From a virus (Duplodnaviria; Caudoviricetes), in the IMG/VR virus record IMGVR_UViG_3300039305_000013, positions 1-37,424 of that record: DNA of 37,424 bases, one strand, 5' to 3'. The notes under the pieces were generated by a model. That model ran no database searches and was not told where the DNA came from. It saw nothing but the letters and a program-made list of their open reading frames with translations. Positions 9,302 through 18,471 of this stretch are shown here, one piece after another. A program made the translations under genes and the position numbers. Each line of letters starts with the position of its first letter. Positions within the stretch are counted from its first letter, which is position 1.

Positions 9302-9984
9302 AAACCAAGGATTTCGCCCTGCAGGTCAAGGATCTGTCGGAAGACGGCACATTTGAGGGGTATGCGTCCACGTTCGGTAATGTGGACCAAGGCGGCGACG
9401 TGGTCGAGCCGGGCGCCTTCATCGAAGGCCTTGTTAAGGCGAAGAAGGACGGGCGCTCCATCCCCATGCTGTGGCAGCACGATCAGCGCGAGCCTATTGG
9501 CGTCTGGGACGACCTCGCTGAAGACAGCAAGGGGCTCTATGTCTCCGGCCGTCTCATCCTCGATGGCGATCCGGTTGCGCAGCGTGCCTATGGGAAGCTG
9601 AAGGCAAAGGCCCTTGGTGGCATGTCGATCGGTTACCGGATCCCGCTTGGTGGCGAGGAGCCAGACGAAAAGCGTCGCGGCGTAACCCGCCTGAAGAAGA
9701 TCGATCTCCGCGAGATCAGCCTTGTCACGATGCCCATGAACATCGAAGCAAGGGTCACCGCGGTAAAGCATGAGCGCATGGAAGAATTTGCCCGCCGGCT
9801 GCGTGACGGCGACCCCATGCCGATCAAGGATTTCGAGGACATCCTGCGCGAGGCAGGGGTTCCGAAGAGTATGGCCGTTGCGATCGCCTCGCACGGTTAT
9901 GCCAAAGCCATTCGGAGCGAGTCCGAGGGCGAGAAGGCGAATGAACAGGCCGTGCGCTTCCTGCAGATGCTGAAGATCGGCTGA
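9298..9984 (+). CDS. HK97-family prohead protease
   Basis: FEGYASTFG..D, MLWQHD, GMSIGY and EISLVTMP motifs. Confidence 0.95.
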   Translation: MKTKDFALQVKDLSEDGTFEGYASTFGNVDQGGDVVEPGAFIEGLVKAKKDGRSIPMLWQHDQREPIGVWDDLAEDSKGLYVSGRLILDGDPVAQRAYGKLKAKALGGMSIGYRIPLGGEEPDEKRRGVTRLKKIDLREISLVTMPMNIEARVTAVKHERMEEFARRLRDGDPMPIKDFEDILREAGVPKSMAVAIASHGYAKAIRSESEGEKANEQAVRFLQMLKIG

Positions 9985-10012
9985 CCCTCAATCCTCCGAA
10001 AAGGAAAAGACA

Positions 10013-11320
10013 ATGCAGAACCACCGTATCCTCGCGGCGGCCAGCTTTGCCATGCTTGCCGCTGGCATGGCTCACCTCCGCTTCGCGCCCCGTGTCGTCT
10101 TCGAAAAGCCGAACGACCAGGGCGTTGACGTGAAGGCGCTCGCCGAAGATGTCACCAAGCAGTTCCAGAAGTCGTTCGACGAGGTGAAGGCCATTGCCGA
10201 GAAGGCAATTGCCGAAGCCAAGAAGGGCGTCGAGATGGCCGCCTCCGATAAGGAGAAGGCCGATGAGGCGCTGCTGAAGATGAACGGCCTCACGGAGCAG
10301 GTCGCCCAGATCGAGCAGAAGCTCGCGCGCGGCGGCAATGGCGGCAACCCGGAAGAGCAGAAGTCGCTCGGCCAGCAGTTCGTCAACTCCGAAGGCTTCA
10401 AGAGCTTCCAGGACGCAGGCTTCTCGAAGAGCCACGGCGCCGGCAGCATGAGCGTCAAGGCTACCCTCACCTCGGCCACCACGAATGCGGCGGGCTCGCT
10501 CGGCGCCGGAGTGCAGGCCACGCGCCTGCCGGGTATCGTCGAGCTGCCGCAGCGTCGCCTGACCATCCGCGACCTCATCACGCCCGGCCGCATGGACGGC
10601 AACTCCCTGGAGTATGTGAAGGAAACCGGCTTCAACAACAACGCCGGCATGGTCGCGGAGGGTGCTGCCAAGCCCTCGTCCGACCTGCAGCTGAGCCTGG
10701 TATCCACCTCGGCCAAGGTCATCGCGCACTGGATGAAGGCTTCGCGCCAGATCCTGAGCGACATCCCGCAGCTCGAATCTATGATCGACCAGCGTCTGCT
10801 CTACGGCCTCGCTTACAAGGAAGAGACACAGATCCTGAATGGCGATGGCACCGGCCAGAACCTGCTGGGCATCATCCCGCAGGCAACCGCCTACAGTGCG
10901 GCGTTCACGCCGACCGCAGAGACCGCCATCGACAAGATGCGCCTCGCCATGCTGCAGGCGGCCCTCGCCGAGTTCCCGGCGACTGGCCATGTGATGCACC
11001 CGACCGACTGGGCACGCATCGAACTGACCAAGGATGCCGGCGGCAACTACATCATCGGCGTGCCGCAGGGCAACATCGGCCCGACCCTCTGGGGTCTTCC
11101 GGTCGTGGCGACGCAGGCGATCAGCATCGACAAGTTTCTCACCGGCGCCTTCCGCCTCGGCGCCCAGCTCTTCGACCGCTGGGATGCCCGCGTGGAAGCA
11201 GGTTACGAGAACGACGACTTCACCAAGAACCTCGTCACCATCCTCGCAGAAGAGCGCCTGGCTCTCGCGGTCTACCGGCCGCAGGCCTTCATCTACGGCG
11301 ACCTCGGCTACGTGGCCTAA
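10013..11320 (+). CDS. Major capsid protein (HK97 fold)
   Basis: Coiled-coil delta domain, AEGAAKP.S and ILAEERLALAVYRPQAF motifs; position after the protease. Confidence 0.95.
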   Translation: MQNHRILAAASFAMLAAGMAHLRFAPRVVFEKPNDQGVDVKALAEDVTKQFQKSFDEVKAIAEKAIAEAKKGVEMAASDKEKADEALLKMNGLTEQVAQIEQKLARGGNGGNPEEQKSLGQQFVNSEGFKSFQDAGFSKSHGAGSMSVKATLTSATTNAAGSLGAGVQATRLPGIVELPQRRLTIRDLITPGRMDGNSLEYVKETGFNNNAGMVAEGAAKPSSDLQLSLVSTSAKVIAHWMKASRQILSDIPQLESMIDQRLLYGLAYKEETQILNGDGTGQNLLGIIPQATAYSAAFTPTAETAIDKMRLAMLQAALAEFPATGHVMHPTDWARIELTKDAGGNYIIGVPQGNIGPTLWGLPVVATQAISIDKFLTGAFRLGAQLFDRWDARVEAGYENDDFTKNLVTILAEERLALAVYRPQAFIYGDLGYVA

Positions 11321-11339
11321 GCCAGATCGGCTCATCATG

Positions 11340-11363
11340 GCGGGCAGTCTCCGGGCTGCCCGC
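11340..11363 (+). terminator. Stem-loop after the capsid gene
   Basis: GCGGGCAGTC-TCCG-GGCTGCCCGC; weak U-tract. Confidence 0.5.
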
Positions 11364-11396
11364 TTCATGAACCGATGAAGCCAAAGGAGACTTCCA

Positions 11397-11684
11397 ATGC
11401 CGAAATACAAGGTTCTGCGCCGGCATGACGGCGACAAGGAATATCACGATGGTGACGAGCGCACGCTGAGCAAGGCGGAAGCGAAGCACTTGGTCGATCT
11501 CGGCGTCCTGCAGGAGATCGGCGAAGACAGCGATCCCTCCGACGAGAATAACGGCGAGCGTACCGGTGGCGACACCGAAACAGCTCTGCCGGTCGGCAAG
11601 GCTGCCGAGGAGGTTGCCAAGTTCGAAGCCGCTCCCGCGAACAAGGCCGAGAAGACCTCGCCGAAGAACAAGGCAGCTCACTGA
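11397..11684 (+). CDS. Small head-associated hypothetical protein
   Basis: AAGGAG RBS; typical post-capsid gene ending in APANKA. Confidence 0.75.
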   Translation: MPKYKVLRRHDGDKEYHDGDERTLSKAEAKHLVDLGVLQEIGEDSDPSDENNGERTGGDTETALPVGKAAEEVAKFEAAPANKAEKTSPKNKAAH

Positions 11685-12265
11685 TGTTTCGACCTGTTCT
11701 CGTCACCGCGTCGACGGTTAAGCCGGTCTCGCTGGAGGAGGTGAAGGCCGCTCTGCGCGTTGACGGAACAGACAGTGACGGCGAGCTGCAGCGCCTGATT
11801 GGCTCGGCCATCGCTCACTATGAGGGATGGTCCGGCCTTCTCGGCATCTCTCTTGTCGAACAGGAGTGGAAGCAGGATTTCGACTGCTTCAAGCAGGAGA
11901 TGCGCCTCCCGCTTGGCCCCGTGCAGTCGGTCACCTCGGTGAAGTGGCGGAACGACGCCGGCCAGATTTCCACCGTCTCCGATGACAGCTACGCGCTGAA
12001 GGTGGACGGCGGCGGCCGCTCCTACGTCCGCTTCAAGAACAACTGGTCGACACCCTCCGATCTCTACGAAGTAGCGCCCGTCTCCATCGAATACATGGCT
12101 GGCTGGCCTGTCGTCGAAGCCAAGGCCACCACGCCCGACGACATCAAGACGGCGATCATCCTGCATGTGCAGAAGAACTTCGACGAAGCGGCGCGCGAGA
12201 ACGCGCTGCAGATCGAGCGCATCGAGCGCGACCTGATTTCCAAATACCGAGCCCCCATCTTCTGA
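11684..12265 (+). CDS. Head-tail connector (gp6 / phiE125 gp8-like)
   Basis: PVSLEEVKAALRVD, LPLGPVQSV and PDDIKTAIILHV motifs. Confidence 0.9.
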   Translation: MFRPVLVTASTVKPVSLEEVKAALRVDGTDSDGELQRLIGSAIAHYEGWSGLLGISLVEQEWKQDFDCFKQEMRLPLGPVQSVTSVKWRNDAGQISTVSDDSYALKVDGGGRSYVRFKNNWSTPSDLYEVAPVSIEYMAGWPVVEAKATTPDDIKTAIILHVQKNFDEAARENALQIERIERDLISKYRAPIF

Positions 12266-12275
12266 GGAACCTGAC

Positions 12276-14417
12276 ATGGCTTCTACTCGCGCCCGCAAAG
12301 AACGTGTCGCCAGCTACATCGGCGCCGGTGTCATCGGCGGCGGCAACAATCCGCAACCGACACCTGGCGCGCTGGAGCTGTCGGGCATCCTGGCAAACGG
12401 TATTGCCAGCACCGGTATCATCAAGAACGCGGCGAGCGGCTCGACCCTCTCCAGCAATGTCGCGGGCCTGACCATCAACAGCGCAGCCCGCACCTATTCC
12501 TTCGATGGCTCGGCGCCGGCCGGTGATGTGGCGAACGGTCTCGTCGAAACGGTCGGCGGCGTTCCGACCAATACACCTTGCAAGGTGCTGCCGGCGGCCA
12601 CTGGTACGCTCAAGCCTTCCGGTCGCCTGTTCTTTGCGAACCAGCTCGCCATCTTCATGATCCTTGCGGGCTATGCTTCGACCTCTGTTCTGACCGTGAC
12701 CTCGGATGACGGGACTGCTCTCACCGTCACGACGAACAGCCAAGGCTATCCGATCGTCACCGGAACCTTCACCACTCCGGGCGTGAAGATCCTGACAATC
12801 ACGGAAGCTCTTCAGGGTGGTGGCTCCAACGTTTCCACTTGGCCTGTCGTCGTTCGCGCCACGCCTGCAGCTCCGACCCTTGCGAAGGCAAAGCAGACGG
12901 CGGCTAAGATCGCGGCAAGCGTCGCGGCACGCGTTCCACTTGCCGTCGGTCCGACGCCGCCGGTGATCAGCTTCAACTCCGGCAACTCCCTCGTCAATGG
13001 CCGCACGCAGGCGCAGGGTGGGCAGGTGGCAACCACGGCTGTTCCGGATGGTCAGCGAGGCGTTGCGCTGCAGACGGCGCTGGCGCAGGGCTACATCTAT
13101 GCTGACACTACGGTAGGCTCCAAGGCGTTCGCCACCGGCACGTCGAAGCGTTTCATCTTCAACGGCACCCGCTTTGACTTTCGTGCCTCGTCCAGCTCGG
13201 GCAATGGCGGCTTCCAGATCATGGTGCTCTACACTGAGGACGCCGACGCCGCGAACCCGACCTGGTACAAGGCAACGGCTGTTCCGTCCTCGATCAAGAA
13301 CGGCACCTTCTATGTCGACGTAAACTTCCCCGGACCGCCGGCTCGTGTAAACAGTCGCGCTGTCGAGATCGTATTCGGCGAGCTGACGGCAGGCTTCGGC
13401 TTCAACTTCGACTATGGCAGCTCCGCTCCGCCGGCCCTGGCCGTCGACAAGCCGCGCATCGCGGCCTGGAACGACAGCTACGAGTTCGGCGGTACCGGAT
13501 CCGATCTGACAATCGGCTCTTCCTCCGGTATCGCGGCGGAGCTTCTGGGCACGCCGAACGTGGTGCTGCTGGGCCACCGAACCAACGCCTGGACGCGCCT
13601 CGGTGGCACCACCGGTGTCCACGCGTATGTCGCGGATCGCTTCGGCTCGAACCCCTGGGGGTTGGCAGAGGTCACACGCTTTGGTCACCTCGACATCGCC
13701 TTCGACCACATGTCCATCAATGACAATGTGAGTGCCGGGTTCAGCGCCTTGCCGAGCGGAGGGAATGCTCCGAAGTTCAACAATGCCGGCGGGTCGAACA
13801 GCTTCGTCGCCGGCACGATTGCTCATCCCGCATGGCTGAAGCTCGCGTTCCAGCGTCAGCGCCTCGCCCAGCCGGAAATGCTGATCGTGGTCGACATGGG
13901 CTGGGGCGGCCCGGATGCGCAGCCGAGTGCTTCTACGCAGCAAGGGATCAGGGATGCATTCTCCGCTGTCTTCGACAGCGATCCGGCCGCGATCCTCGTC
14001 AACTGGATCGACGGCAGCTATCGCTGGATGGGGCAGTCCTTCCCCATTCCGGGCTTCACCGCGCCGCTCGTCCCCTCAGGGGCCATCGGCTCCAGCCCCT
14101 ACTTCAACTCGAATGTCGACGCTGTCGTCACCGGCAGTGTCACAGGGGATGTGCTGACGGTGACCGCTGTCACATCCGGAGTGGTGCAGAAGAACGCCGC
14201 GATCTCTGCGCTCGGTAGTGTCCGCATCCGGGACTTCGGCACTGGTACCGGAGGCGTGGGAACATACCTCCTGCAGTATGCGCCCGGTGATCAGGCTTCC
14301 GGCACCGTTACGCTTGCCGCCGACAAGGATCATCCGACTGATGCGGGTGTCCAGAAGGTCGGCGAGCTTCGCGCTGGGGCGGTGCAGTTCCTGGCCGGCA
14401 AGATTGCCGCGGCCTGA
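12276..14417 (+). CDS. Large putative virion protein with a C-terminal SGNH/GDSL-like esterase domain
   Basis: Beta-rich Thr/Gly/Ser N-terminus; RIAAWNDSY (block I), MSIND (block III) and DKDHPTDAG (block V). Confidence 0.65.
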   Translation: MASTRARKERVASYIGAGVIGGGNNPQPTPGALELSGILANGIASTGIIKNAASGSTLSSNVAGLTINSAARTYSFDGSAPAGDVANGLVETVGGVPTNTPCKVLPAATGTLKPSGRLFFANQLAIFMILAGYASTSVLTVTSDDGTALTVTTNSQGYPIVTGTFTTPGVKILTITEALQGGGSNVSTWPVVVRATPAAPTLAKAKQTAAKIAASVAARVPLAVGPTPPVISFNSGNSLVNGRTQAQGGQVATTAVPDGQRGVALQTALAQGYIYADTTVGSKAFATGTSKRFIFNGTRFDFRASSSSGNGGFQIMVLYTEDADAANPTWYKATAVPSSIKNGTFYVDVNFPGPPARVNSRAVEIVFGELTAGFGFNFDYGSSAPPALAVDKPRIAAWNDSYEFGGTGSDLTIGSSSGIAAELLGTPNVVLLGHRTNAWTRLGGTTGVHAYVADRFGSNPWGLAEVTRFGHLDIAFDHMSINDNVSAGFSALPSGGNAPKFNNAGGSNSFVAGTIAHPAWLKLAFQRQRLAQPEMLIVVDMGWGGPDAQPSASTQQGIRDAFSAVFDSDPAAILVNWIDGSYRWMGQSFPIPGFTAPLVPSGAIGSSPYFNSNVDAVVTGSVTGDVLTVTAVTSGVVQKNAAISALGSVRIRDFGTGTGGVGTYLLQYAPGDQASGTVTLAADKDHPTDAGVQKVGELRAGAVQFLAGKIAAA

Positions 14418-14426
14418 GGTGAAGCC

Positions 14427-15380
14427 ATGGACGCGATCGATGCCATCTCCGCCATGCGTTCCAAGCTCGACGAGCTGGAGCGGTCGCTGAAGCCAGCGCA
14501 TGCCGTTGACCCGTTCCCGAAAGACGGGCTGCATCAGACCCTTCATTCAACTTTCAAGGAACGCCCGATCTTTGCAAAGGGTAAGGCGGTGCAGCTTCCA
14601 AAGGGTGCGACGCCTCCCGGCCTCGATGACCCGGAGTTTCAGTGGCGGGCGGGGTTGCTCAATGCGACGCTCGGGGGAGGCCTTAAGGCGGCAGCGTGGC
14701 GGCCGGACAAGCCATATCCCGGCTTCTCCACGATCCCGGTCAACAAGGAGGCGCAGAGCTATCCCAACCAGGACGCCATCGATCTGACGGGCGTTGACCC
14801 AATATTGAGCGACGGCGAAAGCCTGATCCTGACGGCATCGCGGATGACGCCGGAGTATCGATCGCAGGCGCCGGCCGGCAGCACGGCGGAATATGTATCC
14901 GGTGCCTTCATCAGCTATCCCTACTCGCAGTGCTACGGCATCTTCGAATGGGAGGTGCAGATACCGCAGGGGCGAGGCCTCTGGTCTGCCGGTTGGCTGA
15001 TGCCGGCGAACATGGCGCGGCTTCCCGAACAGGATGTATTCGAGATCCTCGGGCATGACATCGGGGCCGCCCATACAACCGTCCACTTCGCTGGCGCAGG
15101 CGGCAAGAAAACGGCAGCGCATCAGGCAAATGCAGTCCGGAACCTGTCTCAGGGCTTCCACACGTTCAGCTACTACTGGAGCCGGGAGAGGCTGAAATGG
15201 GCTGTGGACGGCGAGATCCTGTTCGACGTGCCGACGCCATCCGATCTGATCGACAACCCGGCCTATCTGATCACCAACCTTGCCGTTGGCGGCGAGGGGA
15301 GCTGGCCAGGCCCGCCGAATGAGCTGACGCAGTTCCCGGCGCAGATGAAGATCCGTTCCATCAAGGCATGGGCTCTCTGA
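14427..15380 (+). CDS. Glycoside hydrolase family 16 (beta-glucanase-like)
   Basis: YVSG, YG.FE, GLWSAGWLMP, catalytic EQDVFE (ExDxxE), FHTFSYYW and NLAVGG..SWPG motifs. Confidence 0.9.
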   Translation: MDAIDAISAMRSKLDELERSLKPAHAVDPFPKDGLHQTLHSTFKERPIFAKGKAVQLPKGATPPGLDDPEFQWRAGLLNATLGGGLKAAAWRPDKPYPGFSTIPVNKEAQSYPNQDAIDLTGVDPILSDGESLILTASRMTPEYRSQAPAGSTAEYVSGAFISYPYSQCYGIFEWEVQIPQGRGLWSAGWLMPANMARLPEQDVFEILGHDIGAAHTTVHFAGAGGKKTAAHQANAVRNLSQGFHTFSYYWSRERLKWAVDGEILFDVPTPSDLIDNPAYLITNLAVGGEGSWPGPPNELTQFPAQMKIRSIKAWAL

Positions 15381-15411
15381 GCCCTTTCCCTCGCGAGTAC
15401 AGGAGATGCCC

Positions 15412-15585
15412 GTGCGCGTCCGGTTCAAGGAAAATTTCGACTACAAGCCCACTCGTCAGAGCACGGTCGCCTACAAGGCCGGCATGGAGCTGACCGTGAA
15501 GCGCGAGTGCGCCGAGCAGGCTATCGCGGCCGGGAAGGCCGTGGAGGTGAAGCGCGAGGAGCGCACGACAGATGGCAGCGAATAG
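15412..15585 (+). CDS. Small phage protein (VRVRFKENFDYKP...AIAAGKAVEV)
   Basis: Translated by hand; AGGAG RBS at 15401; overlaps the next gene. Not in the ORF track. Confidence 0.7.
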   Translation: MRVRFKENFDYKPTRQSTVAYKAGMELTVKRECAEQAIAAGKAVEVKREERTTDGSE

Positions 15586-15922
15586 CCCGACCGCGCAGGA
15601 GCTGCAGCATCGGGTTTCCTTTGCCAAGCGAGGCTCTGTCAGTGACGGCTACGGCAACACCGAGGGTGGGTTTGAAGATCAGTTCACGGTCTGGGCAGCA
15701 TTCCGTCCCCGCGGCGGCTCTGAGGCTGTTGTGGCCGCGCGGCTGGAAGGCCGGAACATTCTCGGTGTCTATGTCCGCTCCTCGGATCAGACGCGGCAGA
15801 TCGAGAGCGACTGGCGGATGACCGATGTCAGAACCGGCACGGTCTATGCCGTGAAGATCGTTGACGCTGTCACCAATCGCCGCTTCGTCTATCTCGAAGC
15901 GCAGACAGGAGTGGCTGCCTGA
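15572..15922 (+). CDS. Head-tail adaptor / head closure protein
   Basis: L.HRV.F, DGYGN, TVWA and E.V.AARL.G motifs. Confidence 0.85.
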   Translation: MAANSPTAQELQHRVSFAKRGSVSDGYGNTEGGFEDQFTVWAAFRPRGGSEAVVAARLEGRNILGVYVRSSDQTRQIESDWRMTDVRTGTVYAVKIVDAVTNRRFVYLEAQTGVAA

Positions 15923-15927
15923 TCAGC

Positions 15928-16575
15928 TCAGGCTTCACCGCCTGATTGGGCAGCGAGCATCCGATCAATGGACGCCAAAACCTCGTCTAACTTGGTGATG
16001 ACAGCGAGAATGTCTTCCTGAGAAAGGGCGATGCGATCAGAGCTAATGAAATCCGCGGCACTCAGGACCATTCTGGACCGGTCTTTCTCAACGCGCCGCT
16101 TAAATGACCTCAGTTTCTCGAGATCGGGCTTTGCTTGCTTCTGGTAGAAGCTGAGCGTCTTCTCTACGCCGGCCAGGTTGTCGAGTTGGCGTTTCAAGCG
16201 CTCGGGTAGCGCTTCATCTTTTCGCTGCGAGCGTAGCTGTTGATTCGTGACATGAGAGGCCGGCTTGCCGTTGATGAATGCCAGCGCCTCCTGCATTGCC
16301 GCCTCTTGCGTGGCGTAGGATTCGGAAAAATAGGGATCATCCTCGCCATCGGTGTTGGCGATGCAGAATTTCCATGAGCGGCTGGAGCCGAACACGGTAA
16401 TCCGCGAATTGCCTATGATCCGCATGAGGTTTCCATTCTCAGAAACCTGCCATGTATCGCCGCTGGGTATCTGCTCCGGCTGCCTTACCCGAGTTGATGT
16501 CGGGTTCTGCTTCTGCCGGAGGGACCACCATATGGCTAACCCAAGCAGGATGCCGAGCGCTGCTAGATAGATCAT
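15928..16575 (-). CDS. Membrane-anchored hypothetical protein (moron)
   Basis: N-terminal TM segment MIYLAALGILLGLAIWW; antisense to the late operon. Confidence 0.7.
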   Translation of the reverse strand: MIYLAALGILLGLAIWWSLRQKQNPTSTRVRQPEQIPSGDTWQVSENGNLMRIIGNSRITVFGSSRSWKFCIANTDGEDDPYFSESYATQEAAMQEALAFINGKPASHVTNQQLRSQRKDEALPERLKRQLDNLAGVEKTLSFYQKQAKPDLEKLRSFKRRVEKDRSRMVLSAADFISSDRIALSQEDILAVITKLDEVLASIDRMLAAQSGGEA

Positions 16576-16609
16576 GGCTGCTGCTTTCGAGGTTTGAGGA
16601 GCGAGACGG

Positions 16610-17032
16610 ATGAAGTTCAAGGCGAAAGTACTTGGGCGAGAGAAGGTAATGCAACTGCTCAATGGGATAGTTCCAGAAGCTGAGAAAGAGTTGGCAAAGG
16701 CGCAGCTTAAGGGTGCTCAGCGACTTGCCGGCAAGATCAAGGAACGCTCTCCTCGCCCGCTTACCGGCGCCTATAGAGCAAGCATACAGGCTGATCGTCT
16801 CGCTGATCGGCCAAATGAGCGAGCATTGGGACGCGGTGCCTCTAACGGCAACACGAAGGACCCAAACGCAACTGGCGTTTTCGCTGACTACATCTGGCGC
16901 TTCCATGAGTTCGGGACCGTTCACATGAACAAGCATCCTCACATCTTCCCGACCTATCGGCAGGAGAAGCCAAGAATCCGCAGGGACATGGCTGCTGCTG
17001 TCCGCAAAGTCGTCAAGAAGGCAAAGAGCTGA
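16610..17032 (+). CDS. HK97 gp10-like tail completion protein
   Basis: TGAYRASI and WRFHEFGTVHM..HP.IFP motifs. Confidence 0.85.
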   Translation: MKFKAKVLGREKVMQLLNGIVPEAEKELAKAQLKGAQRLAGKIKERSPRPLTGAYRASIQADRLADRPNERALGRGASNGNTKDPNATGVFADYIWRFHEFGTVHMNKHPHIFPTYRQEKPRIRRDMAAAVRKVVKKAKS

Positions 17033-17035
17033 TCC

Positions 17036-17440
17036 ATGGCATCACCATCGCTTGAGCTGCAGGGCGCCATCTTTGAGCGCCTGACGGGATCGGCTGGCTT
17101 GTCCACGCTCGTTGGGAACCGGATCTATGATGCCGTCCCGCAGGCGAAGGTCTTTCCCTACGTCACGATCGGAGAGGGGGACGAGACCAGCGACGACGCC
17201 GATTGCATCGACGGCTTCGAGATCTCGCTCGACATCGATGTCTGGTCCCGCGCCGAGGGCTTTCCTGAGGCCAAGCGCATCAGCGACGAGATCCGGAAGG
17301 CGCTCAAGTCGCCGGAGCTGACCCTGCCGACAAATGTCCTCGTGGACTTCCGCCACCGCCAGACCCGGTTCCTCAGAGATCCGGATGGCCTCACCTCGCA
17401 TGCCGTGATGACCTTCGAAGCCTTCGCGGAACAACCCTAG
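17036..17440 (+). CDS. Tail terminator (DUF3168 family)
   Basis: LQGAI..RL, RIYDAVP, FPYVTIG and DPDGLTSHAV motifs. Confidence 0.9.
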   Translation: MASPSLELQGAIFERLTGSAGLSTLVGNRIYDAVPQAKVFPYVTIGEGDETSDDADCIDGFEISLDIDVWSRAEGFPEAKRISDEIRKALKSPELTLPTNVLVDFRHRQTRFLRDPDGLTSHAVMTFEAFAEQP

Positions 17441-17459
17441 CACCTCTGGAGAAACTACC

Positions 17460-17906
17460 ATGGCAAAGGCCACTACCATCAAGGGCGGGAAGTTCCGCGT
17501 CCTTATCGGCAATGATGCGACCCCAATCGTCTATGCGGCTCCGTGCGGCTTTACCCAGCGCTCGATCTCGCTGACGAAGGGTCTGGAGGAGGTGAACATC
17601 CCCGACTGCGACGATCCCGACAAGGTCGACTGGGTCGGCCGCGATGCCACCTCGCTCTCCATGAGCATCAGCGGCGAGGGCGTCCTCGCGTCGGAAAGCG
17701 TCGACACCTGGCTTGAGGCATGGGAAAGCCTCGATTCCGTTCCGGTGAAGGTCGAGTGGGAGTTCCCCACGAAGACTGTCACATGGACCGGCTTCATGCA
17801 GGTTGAGACGCTGGAAGCAGGCGCCGCCAATGCCGGCCGCGCCACGCTGAACGTCTCGATGCAGAGCGACGGCGAAATGGTCCGCGTTACCACGGCCACG
17901 CCCTGA
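17460..17906 (+). CDS. Major tail tube protein
   Basis: APCGFT, IPDCDDPD and SISGEGV motifs; position after the terminator. Confidence 0.85.
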   Translation: MAKATTIKGGKFRVLIGNDATPIVYAAPCGFTQRSISLTKGLEEVNIPDCDDPDKVDWVGRDATSLSMSISGEGVLASESVDTWLEAWESLDSVPVKVEWEFPTKTVTWTGFMQVETLEAGAANAGRATLNVSMQSDGEMVRVTTATP

Positions 17907-18316
17907 TGAGCCGCGACGGATCGTGCGAGCTGGTCTTCAACGGCCAGCGGACCTTCTTCAAGCTCGCCTGGCGCGAGCTTATGAAAATCCAGGAGGCCTG
18001 CGACGCAGGCCCTTATGTCGTCCTCGATCGTCTGGTGAGCGGCCGATGGCACCTTCAGGACATCTCCGAAGTCATCAAGTGGGGCCTGATTGGCGGCGGC
18101 ATGAAGCAGTCGCAGGCGCTTCATCTCGTTGAGACGGAAGTCGAGGGGAGGCTGCCGACGGAGAACCTGGTGATAGCCCAGCAGATCCTCGGCGCTGGGC
18201 TGGTCGGGGCGCCGGAGGAAGACGCCGGAAAAAAACCAGAGGCGGCAAGTCAGGAGGAGACGATCCCCTCCCGAACGGAAAGCTCCGATTTGCCGCCATC
18301 ATCGCCAACGGAATAG
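17906..18316 (+). CDS. Tail assembly chaperone (GTA gp10-like), G form
   Basis: Lies between tube and TMP; GLIGGGM motif; A7 slippery run near the 3' end. Confidence 0.8.
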   Translation: MSRDGSCELVFNGQRTFFKLAWRELMKIQEACDAGPYVVLDRLVSGRWHLQDISEVIKWGLIGGGMKQSQALHLVETEVEGRLPTENLVIAQQILGAGLVGAPEEDAGKKPEAASQEETIPSRTESSDLPPSSPTE

Positions 18317-18471
18317 TGATGGGCCTGTCGCCACAGGAGGTGCTGGGCCTGTCAGTTTTCGAATTTCTCTCAGCTCTCGATGGCTTCGCTCAGGCGAATG
18401 ACCCCGAGGGCGAAAAGGCCTTGAGTGAGAGCGAGAAGAACGACCTTTGGACGTTTATTCAGGACGCGTAG
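18229..18471 (+). CDS. -1 frameshift extension of the tail chaperone (GT form)
   Basis: A AAA AAA at 18229-18235. The -1 frame is open to TAG at 18469-18471 (…DPLPNGKLRFAAII…NDLWTFIQDA). Confidence 0.75.
   Translation, partial: KKTRGGKSGGDDPLPNGKLRFAAIIANGIVMGLSPQEVLGLSVFEFLSALDGFAQANDPEGEKALSESEKNDLWTFIQDA

Noticed and set aside
9824-11437. 537-aa minus-strand ORF, and similar long antisense ORFs (e.g. 12156-13943, 6483-7313, 25532-26521)
   Set aside because: Shadow frames of high-GC3 structural genes; no recognisable motifs.
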